Of a stretch of 64,000 bases of DNA, positions 31,541-39,927 are shown piece after piece. The stretch is from Dehalococcoidales bacterium (lineage in GTDB: Bacteria; Chloroflexota; Dehalococcoidia; Dehalococcoidales; RBG-16-60-22). The notes below the pieces were generated by a model that worked only from the letters and a program-made list of their open reading frames with translations, made no database searches and was not told the DNA's origin. The stretch is taken from positions 5,760 through 69,759 of the forward strand of contig DAOUER010000001.1 in assembly GCA_034430375.1 (NCBI GenBank). Reading direction: 5' to 3'. Every line of letters starts with the position of its first letter. The first letter of the stretch is position 1. A program made the translations under genes and the position numbers.

Positions 31541-33535
31541 TTAGGCATAACGCTGGTAGTTTTCTTCATAAGAAGCAGCGTAGGGCGCCTTCAAATGAAA
31601 GTCAAGCGGCAGTTCCCTGACTACCACCTTATTTTCCTCCTGCCGGATGGGTAATAGCTTATTCCAACCGGACGGGTCCATATCCGGGTAATCAAGGCGG
31701 TGGAAATCGAGGATGGAGTTGCTGGCTTTGCGTTCCAGGGACGATTTTATGGCCAGTTCTCCCACCGAAACAAGGGCCTGGCATTCCAGCAATCGACCCA
31801 GTTCGTGGGGATTGGAAGCGTAGGCGGATGACAGCTCGGTAGTCTTGAGTTCGTTCAGCAGTCTCAGTCCCAGGTTAAGCGTCATCTCGTTCTTGTGGCG
31901 ACCGCAGTAGTCGCGCATAATCCTGGCGATAGCGGCGTTGATTTCCTTCCAGCCATTATTACCCTTGTTTTGCTTCACAGCGGTGTAAGCCCGGGTCCTC
32001 TCGGCTTCAACCTGCTGCCGGTCGGCTACCGGTTCCTGGGCCGTCCTGGCGTATTCAGCGGCATGCCGGCCGGCGTACCGGCCGGTGGTGTGCGACTCGC
32101 CGTGACAGCCGCCACCGAAAAGGGTGCTGCCGGCCCCGATATAGAGTCCTTCGAGGTTGGTCATCAGGTTCCAGTCCACCAGGAAACCGCCGCCGCCGAG
32201 CATGCGGACGACGGACGGGGTATTGGGTGCAGCGGACCAGTAGTTAGAGTTGAAATAACCTTCGAGGGGCATCACCGGCGCCTGGAACATATCTTTATCC
32301 GGGTCGAAGCCGGCCCTGGTCATCGTGTTATATATTGGTATGCGGGTTTTACCCTCGTTGCCGACCATCATACCGAAAATCACCCTTCGTTCGTGTTCCG
32401 GGAGTCGTGTAAGGTCGGCATATAACGGTAACTTGAATTCACCTTTTTCGATACGTTCGGGGAGGTCCGGCGTGATGTCGTTAAGACCGAATTCTTTATT
32501 CGTACGCGAAATACCGATGCCGATACCCAGCGAAAATTGCTGTCCATCCTGGGGTATGAACCGGTCTTCGACGGTATTGAGTTCTCGACCGAAGGGGTCT
32601 ACCCAGGGTACTTCTTTTCCATCGGCGTCGACTATGGGAGTGCCGTGAAAGGTATTACCGGCGTTGCCCATGCTGTAAGGAGCGTAGCCCAGTCCGGTAA
32701 GTCGTCCCGGCCCGGATGCCTCCATGCAAACGAATTCGGCCCCGGCGTTCCAGCCGATGGCCTGGCCGACCCCGGCGTTATTCATATCGGACATGGCGCC
32801 CGAAGCGGTCATTTCCGGCGAGAACAGGGTGAGTCGACCGGCGCCTCCGGTGGCGATGATGGTGGCTTTTGACCTGAAGACGTAGAACTCCCCCGTATGG
32901 GTATCCACCGCCGTTGCCCCGATAATCCGGTTACCCTGCCGGCCGCCTTCATTGAGCAGGCTGGTGACCATCATACGATTGAAGATGTCCACACCAACAC
33001 GCCTGGCTTCCTCATAGACCCTGACCTTGATATTATATCCCCAGATCCGGAGCATGTGCCGACTCCGGTAGTCGTAGGCAAACATAAGCTTGGTCTCATC
33101 GTCACGAAAGTTGGCACCCTTAAATTCATCATTAACATCCCTTATCTGCACGCCCATCTTTTCGCACTCAAGCAGGGTATCCCAGCTTTCCCTGGTGATG
33201 ATATAGCGTACGTGCCCTCCGGTCCAGCCGGCCATGCTGTCGTAGCATCCTTGCGTGTATTCTTCGGGCGTGACTTTAGAGCAGGGGTTGGTAACCGCGC
33301 CGTGCCAGTGGTCTACCCCGGCTCCGCCGGCTCCGCTTCTCTTAGCATGACCCCTCTCCGCCACAGCCACCTTAACACCTTTCTTGGCGGCGTTGATAGC
33401 GGCCTGTAATCCGGCCACACCGCCCCCGACGACCAGTACGTCCGTCACGACTTCATTAACCTTGTTATAATCCACGGGATAAGGCCATTCGGGCAGTTTT
33501 CCGGTTGCCTGTATATATTCGTGCCAGGTACTCAT
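31541..33535 (-). CDS. AprA-like / fumarate-reductase-family FAD-dependent oxidoreductase (664 aa)
   Basis: FAD dinucleotide fold DVLVVGGGVAGLQAAINAAKKG. The size and the downstream AprB-like partner fit the AprA/SdhA superfamily. AGGAGG RBS. The substrate cannot be assigned from the sequence. Confidence 0.7.
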   Translation of the reverse strand: MSTWHEYIQATGKLPEWPYPVDYNKVNEVVTDVLVVGGGVAGLQAAINAAKKGVKVAVAERGHAKRSGAGGAGVDHWHGAVTNPCSKVTPEEYTQGCYDSMAGWTGGHVRYIITRESWDTLLECEKMGVQIRDVNDEFKGANFRDDETKLMFAYDYRSRHMLRIWGYNIKVRVYEEARRVGVDIFNRMMVTSLLNEGGRQGNRIIGATAVDTHTGEFYVFRSKATIIATGGAGRLTLFSPEMTASGAMSDMNNAGVGQAIGWNAGAEFVCMEASGPGRLTGLGYAPYSMGNAGNTFHGTPIVDADGKEVPWVDPFGRELNTVEDRFIPQDGQQFSLGIGIGISRTNKEFGLNDITPDLPERIEKGEFKLPLYADLTRLPEHERRVIFGMMVGNEGKTRIPIYNTMTRAGFDPDKDMFQAPVMPLEGYFNSNYWSAAPNTPSVVRMLGGGGFLVDWNLMTNLEGLYIGAGSTLFGGGCHGESHTTGRYAGRHAAEYARTAQEPVADRQQVEAERTRAYTAVKQNKGNNGWKEINAAIARIMRDYCGRHKNEMTLNLGLRLLNELKTTELSSAYASNPHELGRLLECQALVSVGELAIKSSLERKASNSILDFHRLDYPDMDPSGWNKLLPIRQEENKVVVRELPLDFHLKAPYAASYEENYQRYA

Positions 33536-33578
33536 TTATAACCTCCTGTATCAGTTGGCTCGTATCCAGACCGGCTAA

Positions 33579-33608
33579 TATTGTACGCTTATTACCGATA
33601 TATCTCAA
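33579..33608 (-). promoter_or_regulatory. candidate promoter for the AprA-like operon
   Basis: On the minus strand: TTGAGA (33608-33603), an 18-nt spacer, then TACAAT (33584-33579). Confidence 0.3.
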
Positions 33609-33653
33609 ATGACAACAGGAAGCTGTATGAATCGGGGATAGTAGAGAAAAAAT

Positions 33654-34006
33654 GAGCCAAGTAAACCTGTAAGCCGAGTTCTGTACTCCGGTAAACCGGA
33701 GCGGTGACCATCTATCTAGCCCTGATGTTACCATCAGGGTCAAGCGACCAACCCGGGGAACAGGCCGGGCGTCCTGATGTCCCTCTATTCGGTCTTGCTC
33801 CGGATGGGGTTTACCCAGCCGGCCAGTCACCTGACCGCTGGTGAGCTCTTACCTCACCATTTCACCCTTACCCCGAGGCGGGGCGGTATGTTTCTGTGGC
33901 ACTCTCCGTAGGGTTACCCCTCCTGGGCGTTACCCAGCATCCTGCCCGGTGGAGCTCGGACTTTCCTCCCCGCGAAAGCAGGGCGGTCACCCGGTTTACT
34001 TGACCC
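33654..34006 (-). ncRNA. rnpB: RNase P RNA, bacterial type A
   Basis: The reverse complement contains the universal blocks GAGGAAAGUCCGAGCUCCAC, GGGUAACGCCCAG, AGUGCCACAGAAA, GGUAAGGGUGAAA, GUAAGAGCUCACCAG, GCAAGACCGAAUAG and ACAGAACUCGGCUUAC. P1 pairs CAAGUAAACC (5') with GGUUUACUUG (3'). The ends are approximate to within about 5 nt. Confidence 0.95.
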
Positions 34007-34012
34007 AGTGAT

Positions 34013-34041
34013 AGTGTAGTGGAGCTAAGAGGGATAGTCAA
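34013..34041 (-). promoter_or_regulatory. candidate rnpB promoter
   Basis: On the minus strand: TTGACT (34041-34036), a 17-nt spacer, then TACACT (34018-34013). This places the TSS at about 34006, at the start of P1. Confidence 0.5.
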
Positions 34042-34092
34042 TAAGTGAAAGAGGGATATGATGGTGTATTTTGATATGGGGAAATCCGCGAA

Positions 34093-34350
34093 TTAGTGCG
34101 TGACCTGACCGATATAGAACACGAGAAGGCCGCCCAGGACAGCCTGAATCAAACCCAGGATGAAAGTAGCCCGGTCTATTTTACCGTCCAGTTTCACCCG
34201 TGAACGGGCGTATACAAACATGACGAAAAGGGCCCAGAATATACCGGCTATCAGGTGCCCGTCAAAATAGCCGGTTATCCAACCTATTAGCGCACCCGGA
34301 ATGACAACCCACGAAATCCCGACTAAAAATAATATCATAATACCCGGCAT
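34093..34350 (-). CDS. small membrane protein (85 aa, ~3 TM)
   Basis: Hydrophobic ORF with a GGGAG RBS. No recognisable family. Confidence 0.5.
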   Translation of the reverse strand: MPGIMILFLVGISWVVIPGALIGWITGYFDGHLIAGIFWALFVMFVYARSRVKLDGKIDRATFILGLIQAVLGGLLVFYIGQVTH

Positions 34351-34407
34351 GATATATCTCCCAAGGCGTGTTCAGATTGAGCGGATTATGAGTGCCTTGA
34401 TATAATA

Positions 34408-34815
34408 CTATAATTTATCCAGCGCCTGGTTGGCAAGACTATCCGCCTCGGCGCTTTTGGCCCGCCGTACATGTTTAATTGAAAAGCTTTCCAGCGAGCC
34501 GGTCAGTTTCACCACTTTTTGATACAGTTCGCGGAGGGCGCTGTTTTTTACCCGGTAGTGACCGTTTATCTGTTTCACGGCTAGCTCGGAATCGGAACGA
34601 ATCTCTACCTGCTTGGCGCCGAGTTTACAAGCTTTTTCCAGTCCGGCAATGATCGCACGGTATTCCGCCTGATTATTGGTGGCCTTGCCGATGCGACGGG
34701 AAATAGTGTCGATGAGTGTGCCGTTATCGTCTTTAATCGTTACCCCGATAGCCGCTGGTCCCGGATTGCCCCGGGCGGCGCCATCGGTATGGATATGAAG
34801 CTTAATAATACTCAA
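34408..34815 (-). CDS. rnhA: ribonuclease HI
   Basis: HTDGAARGNPGPAAIGV...NNQAEYRAIIAGLE...IRSDSELAV carries the DEDD catalytic pattern of type-1 RNase H. TTG start. Confidence 0.88.
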   Translation of the reverse strand: MSIIKLHIHTDGAARGNPGPAAIGVTIKDDNGTLIDTISRRIGKATNNQAEYRAIIAGLEKACKLGAKQVEIRSDSELAVKQINGHYRVKNSALRELYQKVVKLTGSLESFSIKHVRRAKSAEADSLANQALDKL

Positions 34816-34824
34816 GGTGTCCTT

Positions 34825-35520
34825 TTATGAGATGTACAGGATACGCCCGCAGGTGCCGCACTGTATCGGCTGTCCACCCCGGGCTCGCTGGAGGGCGCTG
34901 GCGGATAACGATATGCGGCAGGCGCGGCAGATACCCTGCTCGACCTTGGTAACGGCCGGCTGCTTCTGCTGCCTGATTTTTTCGTAAAGGGCCAGCGCCG
35001 ATTTATCCAGTTGGGCGGCCAGTTCTTCCCGCTGCTGGTTTAGTCCGGTAAGGTCGTTCTCAAGCTGTTTGATGTCTCCCGAGAGCTGCTGCTGTTCTTG
35101 CTGCCATTCGGTTTCGAGATTCTTAAGTTTATCGACAGACTGCGCGACCTTACTCTCGGCCTCTTCGACGAGGTCGATGATTTCCAGAGTGGTATTCTCC
35201 AGGTCTTCAGCCCTGGTTTTCATCGTGGTAACCTCATGCTGAAGACCTTCAAGTTCTTTGGGATTGGTTATCCTGCCGCCGTAGAGTTGCTTTTCTATCC
35301 CGGCTATTTTGGTCAGAAGGTCGGTTACTTCTGCTTCCGAATCGCGGTGCCGGTGTTTCAGTTCTTCAAGTTTCTGCCGTTCGACCGCCAGGCGATTCTC
35401 CGCGGCATCCAGTATGTCGCGATTGCCCAGTCGGTTGTTTTTCTGGTGAAGAGATTGGGTCTTTTGCTCGATTTTCGAATCGAGTTCCTGTAGTTGAAAG
35501 AGCTGTCGGGTTACTGCCAT
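34825..35520 (-). CDS. COG1579-type coiled-coil protein with C-terminal C4 zinc ribbon
   Basis: A long heptad-rich region is followed by CRACRISLS...CGTCGRILY. Confidence 0.8.
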   Translation of the reverse strand: MAVTRQLFQLQELDSKIEQKTQSLHQKNNRLGNRDILDAAENRLAVERQKLEELKHRHRDSEAEVTDLLTKIAGIEKQLYGGRITNPKELEGLQHEVTTMKTRAEDLENTTLEIIDLVEEAESKVAQSVDKLKNLETEWQQEQQQLSGDIKQLENDLTGLNQQREELAAQLDKSALALYEKIRQQKQPAVTKVEQGICRACRISLSASALQRARGGQPIQCGTCGRILYIS

Positions 35521-35662
35521 TTTTCCTCGTAGCTTATTCTATAACGTAGGAAGCATAATAGCAAACACCTTGATTTAAGTGACAAAACCGGCTGGAATAA
35601 TAAGAACAAATGTGCTAATCATAGAAGTGGAATTACGTTATATTTCATCTACAGGGGGAGAA

Positions 35663-35809
35663 ATGAGGTTACTAAGACTCGCCGTTAAAAAAGAGAGGTG
35701 GGACCTGGCGGCTCATACCATTGTGCTGGCAACAGCCAGGCAACTTAAGAACGGGGAGAAGCGAGATGGTAAAGGAAGCCAAGCAAAGAAAGCAAACGCG
35801 AAAAAGTAA
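35663..35809 (+). CDS. small basic hypothetical protein (48 aa) at the head of the terminase operon
   Basis: ATG 35663 is preceded by GGGGGAG. The track start GTG 35579 lies upstream of the putative promoter. It overlaps the next ORF out of frame by 44 nt. Confidence 0.35.
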   Translation: MRLLRLAVKKERWDLAAHTIVLATARQLKNGEKRDGKGSQAKKANAKK

Positions 35810-36131
35810 GAAAGAATCAGTAAAGTCCGAATTTTATGCCAGGGTAATGGACGAGGCAGATAAGCTGGACCTGGAGGCGGCTGCCGGTGTGGAAGGGATA
35901 GATGATGAGATTGCATTGCTGAGGGTTAAGATAAAATCCGTCCTAGAGAAAGACCCGGAAAACATTAAACTTATTTTAAGGGCGACGAATACTCTGGCAG
36001 GCCTGGTGAAAACGCGTTACCGGATTACCAAGGAGCAGCGGCAGGGCTTAAAGGAAGCGATAGGTAACGTGCTGAAAGATGTAGCGATTCCGCTGGGAAT
36101 AACCATAGGGACGAAGGTTTTGGGTAAATAG
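35766..36131 (+). CDS. putative terminase small subunit / packaging accessory protein (121 aa)
   Basis: The call rests on position immediately upstream of, and 1-nt overlapping, the large terminase. The N-terminus is basic and the body helical. GGGGAG RBS. The function is by position only. Confidence 0.4.
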   Translation: MVKEAKQRKQTRKSKKESVKSEFYARVMDEADKLDLEAAAGVEGIDDEIALLRVKIKSVLEKDPENIKLILRATNTLAGLVKTRYRITKEQRQGLKEAIGNVLKDVAIPLGITIGTKVLGK

Positions 36132-37525
36132 TGGAAGCGCGTTCGGTGATAAAGCGGTTGCGACCGTACCAGAAAGAAGCGGCCATGGCCATACTGGAGA
36201 GTGTGTTCGGGAAGAAAGGGCTGACCTTTTCCGTGGAAATCGCGCGGCAGGGCGGCAAGAACGAGCTTTCGGCGCAGCTGGAGCTGCTGTTATTAACCCT
36301 GCATATTACCGAAAATAAGAACCTGATTAAATGCTCGCCGACGTTTAAGCCGCAGGCGGTGGTCTCGATATCACGGCTGAAGGACCGGCTCAATGACGCC
36401 GGGTTCGATAGAATATGGTCATCGGAGCACGGGTACATAATCAAGCTGGGCAACGCCCGTGCCTTTTTCCTCTCGGCGGATGAAACATCCAACGTCGTCG
36501 GCAATACCGCCCATATCCTCCTGGAGGTCGACGAATCTCAGGACGTGAGTAAGGAGAAGTACACCAAGGAGTTCAAGCCGATGGGCGCTACTACCAACGT
36601 GACGACGGTGCACTACGGCACAACCTGGGACGACAGCACACTGCTGGAAGAGGTGAAGCAGACCAACCTGGAACTGGAGCGGCAGGACGGCATGAAGCGG
36701 CACTTCCGATACGACTGGGAAGAGGTGGCCAAATATGTCCCCGACTACCGCGCCTACGTGGAGGGAGAAAGGGAGCGGCTGGGTGAGAACCACCCGTTAT
36801 TTATGACGCAGTACCGCCTGATGCCGGTGCGCGGCGGTGGCGGCTTTCTCAGCGTGCAGCAGCGGGAACAGCTGACGGGAAAACATACGCGGCGGCACCG
36901 GGCGAGGAGCGGTAAGACCTACGTAGCGGGAATCGATTTAGCCGGTGAAGCGGAAGAGATAGAAGGGGTTTTAAGGACAGCGGTTAATAAACGGCACGAC
37001 TCCACCATAGTAACCATCGGGGAGGTGGATTTTACGCAGGCTGACGATATAAACCGCGAGCCATTTATAAAGATAGTAGAACACTATTGCTGGACGGGAC
37101 GAAAGCATACCGAGCTCTACCCGCAACTCGTCGATATACTCAAGAACGTATGGGGTTGCCGGAGGGTGGTCGTCGATGCCACGGGAGTCGGAGAGCCGGT
37201 GGCGGCGTTCCTGAGGAAAGCGCTGGGCTCACGGGTGGTGCCGTTCAAGTTCACGCAGAAGAGCAAGAGCAAACTGGGCTTCAACCTGCTGGCGGCCATC
37301 AACGCCGGGCGGCTCAAGGTGTATAAAGGGGACGGCTCTGGCGAATACGTTGAGTTCATGAAGGAAATGGAAAAAGCGCGGGGGCAATACCGCCCCAGCC
37401 AGACGATGAACTTTTACGTGGACCCGGCGCAAGGCCACGACGACTTTTTAATGAGCCTGGCGCTGCTGGTGGAAGCGGCCAGACTATACGAGCCCAAGAA
37501 AGCGGTGGGGGGAGAGAGGGGTTGA
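36131..37525 (+). CDS. terL: phage terminase large subunit
   Basis: 464 aa with a Walker-A-like ARQGGKNE, a Walker-B/catalytic LLEVDESQD, and a C-terminal RNase-H-like nuclease region (VVVDATGVG...). GTG start overlaps the previous stop (TAGTG). Confidence 0.8.
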   Translation: MEARSVIKRLRPYQKEAAMAILESVFGKKGLTFSVEIARQGGKNELSAQLELLLLTLHITENKNLIKCSPTFKPQAVVSISRLKDRLNDAGFDRIWSSEHGYIIKLGNARAFFLSADETSNVVGNTAHILLEVDESQDVSKEKYTKEFKPMGATTNVTTVHYGTTWDDSTLLEEVKQTNLELERQDGMKRHFRYDWEEVAKYVPDYRAYVEGERERLGENHPLFMTQYRLMPVRGGGGFLSVQQREQLTGKHTRRHRARSGKTYVAGIDLAGEAEEIEGVLRTAVNKRHDSTIVTIGEVDFTQADDINREPFIKIVEHYCWTGRKHTELYPQLVDILKNVWGCRRVVVDATGVGEPVAAFLRKALGSRVVPFKFTQKSKSKLGFNLLAAINAGRLKVYKGDGSGEYVEFMKEMEKARGQYRPSQTMNFYVDPAQGHDDFLMSLALLVEAARLYEPKKAVGGERG

Positions 37526-37598
37526 AGGGTGGTACCTTTGCATATGTACTTTTGTAATGATAGACTAATAGAGGTATAGAATATTAAAGATACCCCTG

Positions 37599-37627
37599 TT
37601 GACAGAGTTAACATATAGTGGTTAACT
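37599..37627 (+). promoter_or_regulatory. TTGACA box with an embedded palindromic operator AGTTAAC-N8-GTTAACT
   Basis: TTGACA is at 37599-37604. The perfect 7-bp inverted repeat spans 37606-37612 / 37621-37627, where a spacer and -10 would lie. It is 65 nt upstream of the 37692 ATG. Confidence 0.45.
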
Positions 37628-37691
37628 ATTAGCGTTATCTTATCGTATCTTCAGGACATTATCTCGATATGGTGTTATTTAAGAGATTATA

Positions 37692-38102
37692 ATGACACAG
37701 GATAAGAAGACTTACAGTAATGTAATCCCGGTATTAGTGGCTACACTAGTATGTGATGTAGCTACTACAGACCCTAGTACCCGAAAGAAGAGCCTAATCG
37801 GAGTATTTGATAGGATTACGGTCGGAGAATTTCCTACAAAACGTCCTGTGTCTGTGTATATGAAAGTAACAGACGCTGAAGGTGAATATAAACTTGAAAT
37901 GCGTTATATTCAATGTGACACCGGGAAATTACTGGCTGGTGCAGATGGTGAACTCCATTCAAAAGATAAATTAGCTTCAATAGATATGATTGTACATTTT
38001 CCACCTGTCCCGATTCCGGAAGAAGGTAGATATGAGTTTCAAATATGGGCTAATAACATATTCTTAGGTTCAACATTTATTGATGCGATTTTGAGAAGAT
38101 AA
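37692..38102 (+). CDS. DUF6941-like small beta-rich protein (136 aa)
   Basis: The pattern SLIGVFDRI...EFP...G.Y.L......D.G......F..V.....G.Y.F.I......LG resembles what I recall of DUF6941. The family name comes from memory only. AT-rich gene. Confidence 0.55.
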   Translation: MTQDKKTYSNVIPVLVATLVCDVATTDPSTRKKSLIGVFDRITVGEFPTKRPVSVYMKVTDAEGEYKLEMRYIQCDTGKLLAGADGELHSKDKLASIDMIVHFPPVPIPEEGRYEFQIWANNIFLGSTFIDAILRR

Positions 38103-38125
38103 GTAAATCTGGGAGAGAATATAAT

Positions 38126-38533
38126 ATGCCTAGAACAGACATAAAAGTCCAAATTCAAAAGGAATCACAGCCACTAGCACCTTTTCGTGATGAAGCGAAT
38201 AACCAATACTTAATAGATGCTTTAAAAGGGCGAAATTATCATTCACAGAAAATAATGACACCAGACAATATCTTGTTGGGTACGTTGCGTGATGGCAGAA
38301 TCCGTGTTATTACTCCTATAAAAGTGAATTTTACTCGCGAAGGTAAACATGTAATTGCAGAAGCTGTTGAACTTGATGAATTCGGTTTTGGAGATAATAC
38401 ATCAGAGGCAATCGTTAACCTTCAAAGAGCAATAACCGAATTGTATTTTAATCTAGATAAAGAACGAAGCCGATTAGGTATAGACTTGAAGAGAATCTGG
38501 GACATCCTACAAGAGAAAATACTCAAGAGATGA
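38126..38533 (+). CDS. HicB-like (antitoxin N-domain-like) protein, 135 aa
   Basis: The C-terminal half, FTREGKHVIAEAVELDEFGFGDNTSEAIVNLQRAITELYF, follows the HicB/DUF1902-type pattern (x-VAxxPELxGCxxxGxTxEEAxxNxxEAIxLY). No obvious DNA-binding domain. Confidence 0.45.
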   Translation: MPRTDIKVQIQKESQPLAPFRDEANNQYLIDALKGRNYHSQKIMTPDNILLGTLRDGRIRVITPIKVNFTREGKHVIAEAVELDEFGFGDNTSEAIVNLQRAITELYFNLDKERSRLGIDLKRIWDILQEKILKR

Positions 38534-38796
38534 CTATTAAAGCACATGAGTTTGATCGAGTAATCTCCAAGTTCAAATTCAAGACTCGTGATAGTGGTGA
38601 TTTATTGGCTTGGTTTGAATATAAAGGAAAAATTATCGCTCGAACGAGGCGTTCAAAAGGATCTGGCGAACTCCCAATGCAACATAGTATCAGACAACAA
38701 ATGAAGTTGAATGAAGACCAGTTAAGAGAAGCTATTAAATGTACCATTAATCGCCAAGGTTACATTAGGATTCTTCACGAAAAGGGTTTATTATAA
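38530..38796 (+). CDS. HicA-like (dsRBD-like) small protein, 88 aa
   Basis: Overlaps the upstream gene by 4 nt (ATGA). KAHEFDRVISKFKFK...ARTRRSKGSGELPMQHSIRQQMKL parallels the HicA layout (K..E..K.L...GW......GSH..F.......T.P.H..KDL..G....I.KQ..L). The catalytic GSH motif is not evident. Confidence 0.4.
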   Translation: MTIKAHEFDRVISKFKFKTRDSGDLLAWFEYKGKIIARTRRSKGSGELPMQHSIRQQMKLNEDQLREAIKCTINRQGYIRILHEKGLL

Positions 38797-38948
38797 CCCG
38801 TTTTCATTATGCTGTTATTATTCGGTTGATCGACAAATGCCCCGAGGGCGGCCGGGTGGGAAAAGATATCTTTCGGTCGTGGTGAGGAAAAGGGGAGAAA
38901 CTCCTTTATCTGGTTAGTTTTCAGCTTTTTATGATATACTTCTGAACA

Positions 38949-39434
38949 ATGTACAATCCTTTTTGGGTGCTTCTTAACTCTGCCTTCTGGCAGGATGATG
39001 ATTTAGATGACAGGGTCAAAGCCGCCAGGGCCGGTGCGCCTGCCGATATAGTTACCAAACTCACCAGGCTGCTGGTGAAAGCTCTCACTTCAATCCTGAT
39101 AATATTACTACCCATAGCCAAGTTGACCAGCGCCGTGGCCGGTTGTCTGATAGTGTTTACGATAGGATTTCTATCCTTTGTATTTCTGATAGTCTGGCTG
39201 CCTTTATATCATATTTTAATAGCAACCAGCTGGCTGTGGCTGAAAGCCTGGTATCTCCGGCCGATACTAATAGTACCCGGTGTGGTAATAGCTTTTGTAT
39301 CAGATATATGGGTGTTGTTGACACCGGATTTCAGAAGACACGCCAAGCAGAAAAAACAAGCCATGTGTGAGGAATGGCCCTTATCCTGGTATCTGGTAAA
39401 CCCTCCCGAAGAGTCGATAATTGAAGTGATATAG
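38949..39434 (+). CDS. membrane protein (161 aa, ~3-4 TM)
   Basis: Hydrophobic core. Preceded by an extended -10, TGaTATACT (38932-38940), 8 nt before the ATG, with no SD, so it is near-leaderless. Confidence 0.55.
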   Translation: MYNPFWVLLNSAFWQDDDLDDRVKAARAGAPADIVTKLTRLLVKALTSILIILLPIAKLTSAVAGCLIVFTIGFLSFVFLIVWLPLYHILIATSWLWLKAWYLRPILIVPGVVIAFVSDIWVLLTPDFRRHAKQKKQAMCEEWPLSWYLVNPPEESIIEVI

Positions 39435-39448
39435 GAAAGTCTTCTTTA

Positions 39449-39616
39449 TTATCCGCCGATAACACCGGTAAGCACCAGTATCCCGATAACCACTGCCACC
39501 GGACCGCCGATAAGCAAACGCCAGCGGCGCCAGCTGCTTGCGGTGGGATGTCTTAGTAGTCCCATACCGAAAGCGAATACCCCCACCGCGATACAGATAA
39601 TTCCGGCTGCCGTCAT
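39449..39616 (-). CDS. unlisted small membrane protein (55 aa, 2 TM)
   Basis: Below the ORF-track size cut-off. The reverse complement reads MTAAGIICIAVGVFAFGMGLLRHPTASSWRRWRLLIGGPVAVVIGILVLTGVIGG*, with a perfect AGGAGG 6 nt upstream of the ATG (39616). Confidence 0.6.
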   Translation of the reverse strand: MTAAGIICIAVGVFAFGMGLLRHPTASSWRRWRLLIGGPVAVVIGILVLTGVIGG

Positions 39617-39904
39617 CGTACGTCCTCCTGTCTGATTCTATTATATCACGGGAAAAGAACAGGTTTTCAATCCATCCTTCCTTATTTGTGCGAAAATACT
39701 ATTGTGCTGAAACATATACTTCTTCTACAATGTCTTTATGCCTGATAGGGTTAATGTGGGATACCGACCGGAGGAGCCACTAGGGCGCAGTTGCTGGCTG
39801 CCATTGAAGGGCATGTTCTCGCCGAAGCGGTGATATTGGGTAACTATCAGAGCTAAGGTCCGTGCAAACGACAACGGGACAAAAAAACCTCATAAAAGGG
39901 GTAT

Positions 39905-39927
39905 GGGGAGGGGTGAAACCTCTCCCC
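39905..39927 (-). terminator. stem-loop downstream of the cupin gene
   Basis: GGGGAGGGG-tgaaa-CCTCTCCCC forms 9 bp including one G-U. On the minus strand it lies 20 nt after the stop at 39948, with T-rich sequence further on. On the plus strand it is followed by TCTTGTTT. Confidence 0.45.

Noticed and set aside
33465-33830. A 121-aa minus-strand ORF.
   Set aside because: It overlaps the RNase P RNA gene. The region is explained by rnpB and by the promoter and 5' region of the AprA-like gene.
39828-39880. GTCCGTGCAAACGACAACGGGAC followed by A7, considered as a terminator.
   Set aside because: The stem is imperfect, and the homopolymer is on the wrong side for either strand (A-run after the stem on plus, T-run before the stem on minus).
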